Positions 9,122-17,348 of a stretch of DNA of 64,000 nucleotides are shown here, in pieces. Origin of the DNA: an uncultured Thermotogae bacterium (GTDB lineage Bacteria; Bipolaricaulota; Bipolaricaulia; UBA7950; UBA9294); NCBI GenBank assembly GCA_964530075.1, contig CAZGXU010000003.1, forward strand, positions 680 to 64,679. Reading direction: 5' to 3'. The notes beneath the pieces are model-generated. The model saw only the letters and a program-made list of their open reading frames with translations, was not told where the DNA came from and made no database searches. Position numbers and translations under genes: made by a program. Position 1 is the stretch's first letter. Each line of letters opens with the position of its first letter.

Positions 9122-10470
9122 CCGTCTTCCATCCGCTTCAGGATTCGATACGAGATCGGCGGGGTTCCAAAGTCACCGCGCAGTCGGTCACCGGATTCGG
9201 TGTCCTTCCACTCTCCGGGTGGGAGTGTGGACCGAGCGTCCTTGCGTCGACCCGCGTTGATCACGACGATGAAGCGCTCAGATCCGAGAGCGCGTCCGTA
9301 GCTGAGGACACGGCCGCCGGCCTCGCGGATCTCGATCGAGCCGCGGCGAAGGGTCGGCTCGGCCTTCCGGAGCCGGATGAGCCGTCGGACCTCCTCGAAA
9401 ACCGGACGGTTCCAGCGGCGCTCGTCCCAAGGGAAACAGCGTCGGTTGTCCGGGTCGTCGCCCCCCTCCAGGCCGATCTCGTCCCCGTAGTAGATCGCCG
9501 GGGCACCGGGGAACGTCAGCTGGAAGGCAAGGGCCAGCCGCAGTCGGGCGATGTCGCCGTCGCACTGGGTGAGAAACCGGGGCCGATCGTGGCTGGAGAT
9601 CAATGTGTACGAACCGAAGTTGGCGTCGTTCGGGTAGCTGTACCAATGGGCGCGCACGCTGTGCGCGAACGCGGGCGCGTCCCAGCGCTCCTCGGCCAGA
9701 AACGCGGTCAGTCCCTCCCAAAGCTTGTAGTGCATGACGCCGTCGAGAGCCTCGTGTTTGAACCACGGCGTGCCGAGCCCCGTCACCTCCCCGAGCACGT
9801 AGGCCTCCTCCGAGGCCTCGCGGGCCGTGCGGTAGATCGCGCGCACGAAGTCGGGCGGCAGGTACTCGGTCGTGTCGAGACGCCAGCCGTCGATCCCGTA
9901 CTCGATGATCCAGTGCCGCACGACCGAGAGAAGGTACTCAACGACGGACGGATTGCGATGGTTCCACTCGGGCATCGTCCTCACCCCGGCCCAACGGGCG
10001 TAGTTCGGCTCCGGATCTCGGAGGATCCGATCGCCGTCGATCGTGTACCAATCCCAGTATTCGGACGCGCGTCCCTTCTCGATGGCGTCGAGGAAGAACG
10101 GGTGCCGATCGGAGCAGTGGTTGAACACCCCGTCGAGGACGATCCGGATCCCTCGACCGTGGAGTTCCGTCGCGAGCTCCCGGAAGCCGTCGTTGTCCCC
10201 GAAGGCCGGGTCGATCGAGAAGTAGTCGAGCGTGTCGTACTTGTGGTACGAGGCGCCGCAGAAGATCGGTGTCAGATAGATCGCGTTGATCCCGAGCCGC
10301 TCGAGGTACGGGATCGACGCGCGGACGCCGGCGAGGTTCCCACCGCACGGGGTCCGATCGGCCGGCTTCTTCGGATCGGCGTTCCAGGCTGTCTCACCGC
10401 GGCGGAATCGATCGGGGAAGATCTGATAGAAGACGGCGTCGGGAACCCATTCGGGCACGGATCGGCGCAT
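9118..10470 (-). CDS. Cytoplasmic GH13 alpha-amylase-family enzyme (neopullulanase/cyclomaltodextrinase/alpha-glucosidase type)
   Basis: Start reassigned to ATG 10470 (GAGGGAAG Shine-Dalgarno). GH13 regions are present: DGVFNH, GWRLDTTEY, LGEV and SSHD. No signal peptide. Confidence 0.9.
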   Translation of the reverse strand: MRRSVPEWVPDAVFYQIFPDRFRRGETAWNADPKKPADRTPCGGNLAGVRASIPYLERLGINAIYLTPIFCGASYHKYDTLDYFSIDPAFGDNDGFRELATELHGRGIRIVLDGVFNHCSDRHPFFLDAIEKGRASEYWDWYTIDGDRILRDPEPNYARWAGVRTMPEWNHRNPSVVEYLLSVVRHWIIEYGIDGWRLDTTEYLPPDFVRAIYRTAREASEEAYVLGEVTGLGTPWFKHEALDGVMHYKLWEGLTAFLAEERWDAPAFAHSVRAHWYSYPNDANFGSYTLISSHDRPRFLTQCDGDIARLRLALAFQLTFPGAPAIYYGDEIGLEGGDDPDNRRCFPWDERRWNRPVFEEVRRLIRLRKAEPTLRRGSIEIREAGGRVLSYGRALGSERFIVVINAGRRKDARSTLPPGEWKDTESGDRLRGDFGTPPISYRILKRMEDG

Positions 10471-10630
10471 GTCAGTCTTCCCTCGTCGAACGGCGAAGTT
10501 TCGGGAAGGGCCCGGACAGCCCGTAGTCGCTGTCACCGCCGAACCGCCGGGCGCCCTGCCCCCACGGACCGAGGAGGTCCCCGGGGCCCGCCGTCGCCGC
10601 CCGGGCGACGCTCAACGCGGCTACAAGGAC

Positions 10631-10662
10631 GATAACAACGGGGAGGTCGAACCGCCTCCCCG
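10631..10662 (-). terminator. Intrinsic terminator after malG
   Basis: On the minus strand: CGGGGAGG-cggttcga-CCTCCCCG (perfect 8-bp stem) followed by TTGTTAT, directly downstream of the malG stop at 10681. Confidence 0.6.
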
Positions 10663-10680
10663 AGTGATGGTCGATGGACG

Positions 10681-11538
10681 TCATTCCTTCACGGCCCCCC
10701 TTGTCAGACCGGAGACGAGCGAGCGCTGGGAAATAGCGAACATGACGAGGAAGGGGATCGCGGCGATGAGAGCGCCAGCCGCGAAGATTCCCCAGCGCTG
10801 ACCATACTGATCGGAGATCAAGAGATTCATCCCTACTGCCAGCGTAAACCGCGCATTCGAACGCAGGAGGATGGAGGCAATCATCAGCTCCGAGTAGACG
10901 GTAATGAATGACAGGATGAAGATCGTCGCGAGGATCGGCCGCGCAAGAGGCAGGATAATCCGCATGAACGCTTGGAACGGCGTCGCGCCGTCCACCTTGG
11001 CCGACTCCTCGAGCGATCGGGGGATCGTGTCGAAGTAACCTTTCATCAACCACGTATTGAACCCCATCGCACCGCCGAGGTAGACGAGGATCAGTGCTGT
11101 GTGGGTATTCAACCCGGCCCACGGGAAGATGCTGCCGAGGGACAGAACGAGGAGGAAGATTGCGACCATCGCCAGCATTTGCGGAAACATCTGGATCAGG
11201 AGCAGTCCGAGGAGGCCGACACGGCGTCCCTTGAAGCGAAATCGCGAGAACGCGTAGGCCCCGAGGCCAGCGAGGACCACGGTGAGTGTTGACGTGACTA
11301 GTGTGATTTTCAGGCTGTTCCAGAGCCACATTCCGTAGTTGTACCTATCACTGGTAAACAACTCCCTGTAGTGGACGAGTGACGGGTTGGGTGGCATGAG
11401 TTGCTGCAACTGCATGTTGTTCGTTGCGTTGAACGACGCGGACGCAATCCAGAGGACCGGGAAGATGGCGAAGGCTGCCAGGAAGATGAGAACCGCGTGA
11501 CGCCAGATGCTGCCAAGCAGTGTGTGCTTGTCATACAT
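10681..11538 (-). CDS. malG: Maltose/maltodextrin ABC transporter permease (MalG-like)
   Basis: 285 aa, 6 TM segments, EAA loop DGATPFQAFMRIILPLARP. Confidence 0.85.
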   Translation of the reverse strand: MYDKHTLLGSIWRHAVLIFLAAFAIFPVLWIASASFNATNNMQLQQLMPPNPSLVHYRELFTSDRYNYGMWLWNSLKITLVTSTLTVVLAGLGAYAFSRFRFKGRRVGLLGLLLIQMFPQMLAMVAIFLLVLSLGSIFPWAGLNTHTALILVYLGGAMGFNTWLMKGYFDTIPRSLEESAKVDGATPFQAFMRIILPLARPILATIFILSFITVYSELMIASILLRSNARFTLAVGMNLLISDQYGQRWGIFAAGALIAAIPFLVMFAISQRSLVSGLTRGAVKE

Positions 11539-13087
11539 TCTTGCTCAACTCCTCGAGGGCGCCGGTCATGCGGAAGTTGATCGCGCTGATCGTGGCGATG
11601 ATGACGAAGATCATGACCGAGACGGCGGCGGCAAGGCCAAGCTGGTTCCCGTGTTCACCAGCAAATGCAAGATTAAAGGTATAAGAGATGAGAATATCTG
11701 TTGCGCCAGCGGGCGTCATTGCCCCTGCGATTGGAGGGCCCCCCTGCGTCAGGAGATAGATGAGCGTGAAGTTGTTGAAGTTGAAGGCGTAACTGCCGAT
11801 CAAGAGGGGTGCGAGAGGCATCAAGAGGAGGGGAAGAGTAACCTTGTGGAATCGGCCCCACCATCCGGCGCCATCAACGCGCGCGGCCTCGTAGAGCTCG
11901 CTCGGAATCGATTGCAGTGCTCCGAGTGCGATCAACATCATGTAGGGGAACCCCAGCCACAGGTTGACTAGAAGAACAGACGTTTTCGCCCACATCGCGT
12001 TCTGGAGCCACGGAATCCTTGCACCGGACCCGAAAAGGGCGACGAGAATCTGGTTGATCACGCCGAAGTGCTCATTGAGCATCCCGCGCCAGACCAGAAT
12101 GGTGATGAAAGCCGGAAGGGCGTACGGGACGACGGCGAGGATACGGTATAACGTCCGGAGGCGAAGATGGGGGTCGTTGAGCAGGATCGCAGTGAACAAC
12201 CCGAGTGCGAAGTTGAGAATCACGGTGATTGTTGAGTACACGAATGTCCAGAAAAAGACCTGCACGAAAGGCCCGGAGACCTGGCGATCGGTAATCAACT
12301 TGACGTAGTTGACTAGCCCCTTCCAGACCTTGTACCCGGGGTAGATCTCATCGCCGTTCGGAGATGTGAAGATACCGTCAACGGGGAAGTAGACAACCGC
12401 CGTCCGCAAGTCCGTGATCGTGTTGGCGTTGGGATCATAGGCGTACTGGGGAGAGCGCGTCTGGAATTCCGCCAGGCTCTCCAGAGCGATGATCGTACCC
12501 CGGTATTCGATCCGCAGCGCCTCAATATCATGAAGGCGCTGCACGACTTCGGGGGTCGGGAGACGGACGTAGGAATCGAATCGATCGGGTTGTCCGTCGC
12601 CGTCCTCGTCCACGAGTCGAGGATCGTCAGGCTGGATGTCGGACGCGACGCCGCCCACATAGAGAATCGTCCGCCCGCCGCCGTCGAGGAGGAGCGCCAG
12701 ATTCCCGCTCGGGTCGGCGAACGCGACGTACGAATACGACACCGCGTCGGTCGGTGCATAGGATCGCTCGAGGATCTGATGGATGGCTTGGTCCTTCGAG
12801 AGCATATGACCGGTCCCGACGTTGGTGAACGACGACACAAAGGTGTAGCCGATCGGATAAACGACCATCACGGTCAAGAAAAGGAGTCCAGGAACAAGCC
12901 AACGGAGTGGATACCGCTTCTGCGAGAGGAAGATGTACGAGATGAGCCCTGCGCCGATCGGGGCCATGGCTCCGGGGATCCACATCCCCTTCGCTCCGAG
13001 GAAGACGAAGACATAGACCGCGACCGCACAGAGCGTGCCGAGCAGGACGATCTTCACCGCGTTCTTCACTACGTATTTCCACACCAT
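11531..13087 (-). CDS. malF: Maltose/maltodextrin ABC transporter permease with a large periplasmic loop (MalF-like)
   Basis: 518 aa with a roughly 200-aa extracytoplasmic insertion between early TM helices, as in MalF. EAA loop DGAGWWGRFHKVTLPLL. Confidence 0.85.
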   Translation of the reverse strand: MVWKYVVKNAVKIVLLGTLCAVAVYVFVFLGAKGMWIPGAMAPIGAGLISYIFLSQKRYPLRWLVPGLLFLTVMVVYPIGYTFVSSFTNVGTGHMLSKDQAIHQILERSYAPTDAVSYSYVAFADPSGNLALLLDGGGRTILYVGGVASDIQPDDPRLVDEDGDGQPDRFDSYVRLPTPEVVQRLHDIEALRIEYRGTIIALESLAEFQTRSPQYAYDPNANTITDLRTAVVYFPVDGIFTSPNGDEIYPGYKVWKGLVNYVKLITDRQVSGPFVQVFFWTFVYSTITVILNFALGLFTAILLNDPHLRLRTLYRILAVVPYALPAFITILVWRGMLNEHFGVINQILVALFGSGARIPWLQNAMWAKTSVLLVNLWLGFPYMMLIALGALQSIPSELYEAARVDGAGWWGRFHKVTLPLLLMPLAPLLIGSYAFNFNNFTLIYLLTQGGPPIAGAMTPAGATDILISYTFNLAFAGEHGNQLGLAAAVSVMIFVIIATISAINFRMTGALEELSKNV

Positions 13088-13098
13088 GGGGGACGAGG

Positions 13099-13126
13099 GC
13101 GGGGCCGCTTCATAGAGCGGCCCCGC
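13099..13126 (-). promoter_or_regulatory. Intercistronic stem-loop between malE and malF (10-bp perfect GC stem, 8-nt loop)
   Basis: GCGGGGCCGC-ttcataga-GCGGCCCCGC read directly. It sits 13 nt after the malE stop and 12 nt before the malF start. No U-tract. Confidence 0.55.
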
Positions 13127-13138
13127 TGATGGTTGGTT

Positions 13139-14335
13139 CTACGGGCAGTTGAGCAGTGCCCGGATTTCGTCGGCGGCTTCGTGCATCGCCGTCGCTGGAT
13201 CCTGTTCCTGGTTCACGATCAGCCCAAGCGCTCCAATCCAAGAATCCCACACGGACGCCATCTCCGCGATCTTGGGCATCGGGATTCCGTTGGCCGCACT
13301 GGCCGCGAATCCTTGGATATCCTCGTTGCCGGCCAGAAGAGCGAGCGCTGGCAGATACGCCGGTGGTCGGTCGCCCTGGATATACAGAGCCAACATAACG
13401 TCGGTCTGGATCAGGAAGTCCTTGACGAACAGGTTCGCGAGGACCTTGTTCTCGCTGAACGCGCTGATCATGAATCCCTGAACACCGACGAACACGCGGG
13501 GGGCGTTGCCCGCGATCGGCGGAATGGGGGAAATGCCGTAGTTGATCCCCGCGGCCTTGACATCGGCCAACGTCCAGGGGCCGCCGATCATCATCCCGAG
13601 GTTCCCGGCGTTGAACGCGCCGGTCACTTCGCTGTATCCGGCGCCGGCGATCTCGATCCCGTCCTTGACCATCTGGTCCAGGAGGATCGCACCGGCGATC
13701 GAGCCGGCGTTATCGAGGCCGATGTCGCACGGATTGAGCACGCCGTTCGCGTCCTTGCCGAAGACGTAGCCGCCGCCCGCCGAGTGAAGCGGGAAGGTGT
13801 GGTACGGGTCGGGCTCTTGGATCAGGAAGCCGTACTTCCCGGCGTCAAGATCGGTGAGGCCCTTGGCCACCGTGAGCAGGTCCTCGAACGTCGCTGGGAC
13901 GTCGGGGACGAGGTCCGTGTTCCGGATGAGGGCAACGTTCTCGGTGGCGTACGGGACGCCGTAGAGCAGATTGCCCCACATGAACGCGTCGATCGCGACC
14001 GGGTCGAAATTCCCGATCTGCGCCGGTGTCAGGATAATCGGCTCGATCAGCCCGTTGAGGATCAGCTCGCCGAGCCAATCGTGGGCGCCGATCAGGATGT
14101 CCGGGCCCTCGCCGGCCGGACCGGCCGTTGCCAGCTGACCGCGGGTGTCACCCGATGCGATCTCCTGTACTTCAACCTCAACGCCGTACGCGGCGGTGAA
14201 GTCCTTGGCCACCTCGATCATGATCGGGGCTCGCGTGTCGTCGGCCCAGATCAACAGCTTGCCCGCCTCGCTCGCCGTCGCGGCGAGCCCGGCAAGAAGC
14301 ACCAGCCCGAGTAGTGCAATCGCAACTCGCTTCAT
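13139..14335 (-). CDS. malE: Maltodextrin-binding protein (ABC substrate-binding, MalE-like), secreted
   Basis: Start reassigned to ATG 14335 (TAAGGAGG upstream). Signal peptide MKRVAIALLGLVLLAGLAATASEAG, then LLIWADD...GPDILIGAHDW...PYATENVALIRN. Confidence 0.85.
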   Translation of the reverse strand: MKRVAIALLGLVLLAGLAATASEAGKLLIWADDTRAPIMIEVAKDFTAAYGVEVEVQEIASGDTRGQLATAGPAGEGPDILIGAHDWLGELILNGLIEPIILTPAQIGNFDPVAIDAFMWGNLLYGVPYATENVALIRNTDLVPDVPATFEDLLTVAKGLTDLDAGKYGFLIQEPDPYHTFPLHSAGGGYVFGKDANGVLNPCDIGLDNAGSIAGAILLDQMVKDGIEIAGAGYSEVTGAFNAGNLGMMIGGPWTLADVKAAGINYGISPIPPIAGNAPRVFVGVQGFMISAFSENKVLANLFVKDFLIQTDVMLALYIQGDRPPAYLPALALLAGNEDIQGFAASAANGIPMPKIAEMASVWDSWIGALGLIVNQEQDPATAMHEAADEIRALLNCP

Positions 14336-14435
14336 GGTTGACTCCTCCTTAGAGAGTGATGTCCGTTCGGATTCCGCACTGGCCTGTGACTCTCCGTTTT
14401 GCCTCCCTGAGGTACTCTGTCTTCGCATCACCTCC

Positions 14436-17348
14436 CTAGGGGGTGTCGAATTGCATGTGGATCGGTATGAGCGTTGCGTAGAGCCCTTGGTCTTTGTCGA
14501 ACGTGGAGAGGAGATCTTCTTGGGCCGTCCCCGCGGGGGCCAGGTAGTCGTAGATCTGGGGAGCCCAGAAAGGATCCGGACTCCCGCCGCCGGTCCATTC
14601 GGCCGGAGCCGCGCCGATCGATCGCAGGTAGTTGGCTCCGTAGCCGTCCTGCGATCCGACGAGCACGTAGTGCCAGCCCTCGATCTCGGGCATGACCGCC
14701 TTCGGTATGGAGACGATGATCCGTCCGCGCCTCGGGTCCGATGCGACCTCGACGAGGGTCGGCCCCACCCCGTCGGCCGTCCACAGGTGGCGGCCGTAGG
14801 CCGGCCAGCCGGCGACGCGGACGAAGACGTCCCACGGATGATCGGGGTCGAAGGCGACGTGGGCCGCCTCGCCCTCCTCGAAGCCGGTCGCCGACCCGCC
14901 TTCCTCCACGTCGAAGTAGAGGTAGAGGATCGGATGGCTGAACCCCTGAGAGCCGCCCCAGGGGTTCGTCAGGGCGGCGAAGTCGAACGCCAGCTGCCAC
15001 TTGGTGCCCGCGTCGTACACGCGGTACGCGAGCAGGTCGAACAGCCCGTCGACGTCGAACACTTCGTTGAGCGGGTAGACGTACGATCCGGTTCCGTGAT
15101 CGTCGCCGGCCGGGTCGTCGACCGCGAACCGCTCCTCGCCCTGAATCAGGGTCGGGATCCCGGCCAGGAGCGGCCGATCGGGCAGCACGTCGATCGTCGC
15201 GCCGGGGCGCTCGTAGACGAGTGCGAGGGTGATCGACTTGCCGGCTTCCACGCCGAGTTCGGAGAACGGGACCGAGAGCTCGATGCGGTCTCCGATCCGC
15301 ACCGCGCGCGCCGCTACCGTGCCGATCGACGACGCGTACCGCCATCCGCCGCTCCCATCGGCGGCGTACTTCGACACGACGCCGGAGCCGTCGGCGTCGA
15401 GCTTGTCGAATCGGACCTGGATCGCCGATGCGACGCCGAAGCCGAGTTGTTCCCCGCCGTGGCGTGTCGTCACGTTCGCCGGAACCCCTGGCGCGCCGGA
15501 CGCGTACAGCACCAGATAGAGGTCCTCCTCGCCGATCAGCGTCCTCGGGTCGGACGCCGTCTCGACGAGCAAGTACAGGTTCGACTCCTTGTATCCGATC
15601 CTGACCTCTCGCAGCTCGCCGTCGCCCGCGATCGCTGCCGCTTCCTCCCATCCTTCGTTGTCGCGCAGCGTTCCGTCGACCGCCGGCTCGATCTCGCCGA
15701 GGTTCTCGACCCGAGGTGGAATCAGCCGGAGCCCGAGGACTCCGGGGATCTCCTCCACTCCGGCGGCGAGATAGGCGCCGGTCAGGTGGGCCTTGAACAA
15801 CCAGTCGAACAGGTCGTCGGTCCCGGAATCCTGGTCCGTCCCGTACCACCAGAACCAGTCGGATCCTTCCGCCGCATAGATCGCCTCGACGGCGTCCTCC
15901 GGGTCCCCGGCATCGGCCACGGCTTCGCGGGCGGCCGCGAGGCGCTCCCAGGCCTCGTCCTCGTCCGGTTCGCCGCTCCACGTCGAGAGGTCCCCGGCCC
16001 AGGATCCGGTCGGCAGGGCCTCGAGCGGAGTCGGTTGGATCCCTCCCGCGATCCATTCGGCCGGCGTCACGGTCCGTACCCAGTCGGCCTCATCGAGCGC
16101 ATCGTACAGAGCTCGGAGGAACGTCCGCCCGTTGTTCGCGTAGCCGGCCATGAACATCCAGTTCTCACCGTCCATCGCAACGGTCAGGACGTGCTGGGCT
16201 GGATCGTCGAGGGCGTTCCAGACGCGCTCGAGCTCGTTCATGAAGTCCTCGACCGCCGCGTCCGGGTCCTTGTTCCCGTAGGAGAAGCTGATTCGGTTCG
16301 ACAGGTCCGTATCGCGGAAGAGGAGCGTGACCCCGTCCCAGACGTAGGGCGCCGTCAGCTCGGCGATGCTCGGCGTGTGACCGAGGGCCTGAGCGAGGAT
16401 CCCTTCGTCGGTCGTCGACCAGGCGAAGCCGGCCTCGCCGAGGAGGCTGACCGCGGACTCGGAGACGGCCTGCTCGGGGGGCCAGACGCCGGTGGATCGA
16501 GCGCCGAAGAACCGCGTGTGTTGCTCCTGCGCGGCCTGCAGCTGACCGAGGACGTCGTCCTGCCAGCCGCGCTCGACGAGGAGCGGGAGGATCGGATGAT
16601 AGAACGGGCTGGTGATCAGCTCGTTTCCCATCGCCGCGATCTCCCTGTACGCGTCGAGGACGTCCTGGATGACCGACATCTGGGCCCGGATCAGCACGAC
16701 GATGTCGTCCGCGGTAAATCCGGAATGGCCGCGGTATCGAGCGATGTCCAATCCGTCGTGCAGCTCCGGTGAGATCTGCCAGAGGAGAAAGAGCGCCGAC
16801 GCATCGAGAAGCTGCTGATCGGAGAGGGGCTGCGCGTTGTGCAGCATGTTGAGCTCTGCGTATCTGGCGTCGTAGTACGGGTCGCTCGCGTCGTCGTCGA
16901 ACATGTATCCGTTGATCCAGAACGCCTGCTCCTGAAGGTCGGCCCGGTCCTCCGGCGGCAGGGCCTCCGGCTCGGTCGCCAGCGTCCAGATCCACTCGAG
17001 GTGGTTGTCGACGGCGCCGATGTAGCGGTAGAGCCCGCCGAGCGCGGCCTCCCCTTCCGTGATCGTGGCGTAGTCGGACAGCTGCCAGAGGAGGCTCGGC
17101 TGCAGGTTGAAGGTGGTGTGAACGTCCGGGTGCTCGCTGGAGATGCGCGGCGAGTCGATGTATTCCTGGACAGCGTGGACGCGTACCCATGGGAGCTCGT
17201 ACTCGGCGGTCAGTCGATTCCAGTAGAGCGGTTGATGTTGGTGCCAGATGAGAGCCACGTTGAGAGGGGCCTTGTCGCCCGACGCCGCAACAGCGAGCAG
17301 AGCGATCAGCCCGATCGTGATACCGAACCTTCGCAACACCTCGTTCAC
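14436..17348 (-). CDS. Secreted GH57 alpha-glucan hydrolase (amylopullulanase-like) with a C-terminal glucodextranase-type domain
   Basis: GTG start overlaps the upstream stop (GTGA). N-terminal anchor/signal is present. GH57 conserved regions: WHQHQPLY, VWPPEQAVSE, AMDGENWMF and AEGSDWFWWYG. The C-terminus DPAGDDHGTGSYVYP...LLAYRVYD...HPILYLYFD resembles the glucodextranase C-domain. Confidence 0.9.
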   Translation of the reverse strand: MNEVLRRFGITIGLIALLAVAASGDKAPLNVALIWHQHQPLYWNRLTAEYELPWVRVHAVQEYIDSPRISSEHPDVHTTFNLQPSLLWQLSDYATITEGEAALGGLYRYIGAVDNHLEWIWTLATEPEALPPEDRADLQEQAFWINGYMFDDDASDPYYDARYAELNMLHNAQPLSDQQLLDASALFLLWQISPELHDGLDIARYRGHSGFTADDIVVLIRAQMSVIQDVLDAYREIAAMGNELITSPFYHPILPLLVERGWQDDVLGQLQAAQEQHTRFFGARSTGVWPPEQAVSESAVSLLGEAGFAWSTTDEGILAQALGHTPSIAELTAPYVWDGVTLLFRDTDLSNRISFSYGNKDPDAAVEDFMNELERVWNALDDPAQHVLTVAMDGENWMFMAGYANNGRTFLRALYDALDEADWVRTVTPAEWIAGGIQPTPLEALPTGSWAGDLSTWSGEPDEDEAWERLAAAREAVADAGDPEDAVEAIYAAEGSDWFWWYGTDQDSGTDDLFDWLFKAHLTGAYLAAGVEEIPGVLGLRLIPPRVENLGEIEPAVDGTLRDNEGWEEAAAIAGDGELREVRIGYKESNLYLLVETASDPRTLIGEEDLYLVLYASGAPGVPANVTTRHGGEQLGFGVASAIQVRFDKLDADGSGVVSKYAADGSGGWRYASSIGTVAARAVRIGDRIELSVPFSELGVEAGKSITLALVYERPGATIDVLPDRPLLAGIPTLIQGEERFAVDDPAGDDHGTGSYVYPLNEVFDVDGLFDLLAYRVYDAGTKWQLAFDFAALTNPWGGSQGFSHPILYLYFDVEEGGSATGFEEGEAAHVAFDPDHPWDVFVRVAGWPAYGRHLWTADGVGPTLVEVASDPRRGRIIVSIPKAVMPEIEGWHYVLVGSQDGYGANYLRSIGAAPAEWTGGGSPDPFWAPQIYDYLAPAGTAQEDLLSTFDKDQGLYATLIPIHMQFDTP

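Noticed and set aside
8473-10635. 720-aa + strand ORF
   Set aside because: It lies antisense to the well-supported GH13 gene and overlaps the glgA 3' end. The product is Arg/Pro/Gly-rich and low-complexity with no motifs. This is a typical high-GC shadow ORF.
14145-16772. 875-aa + strand ORF, and the 542-aa / 341-aa minus-strand alternative-frame ORFs in the same region
   Set aside because: All overlap the GH57 gene, whose frame carries every family motif. The alternatives are Arg/Pro/Asp-rich with no recognisable domains.
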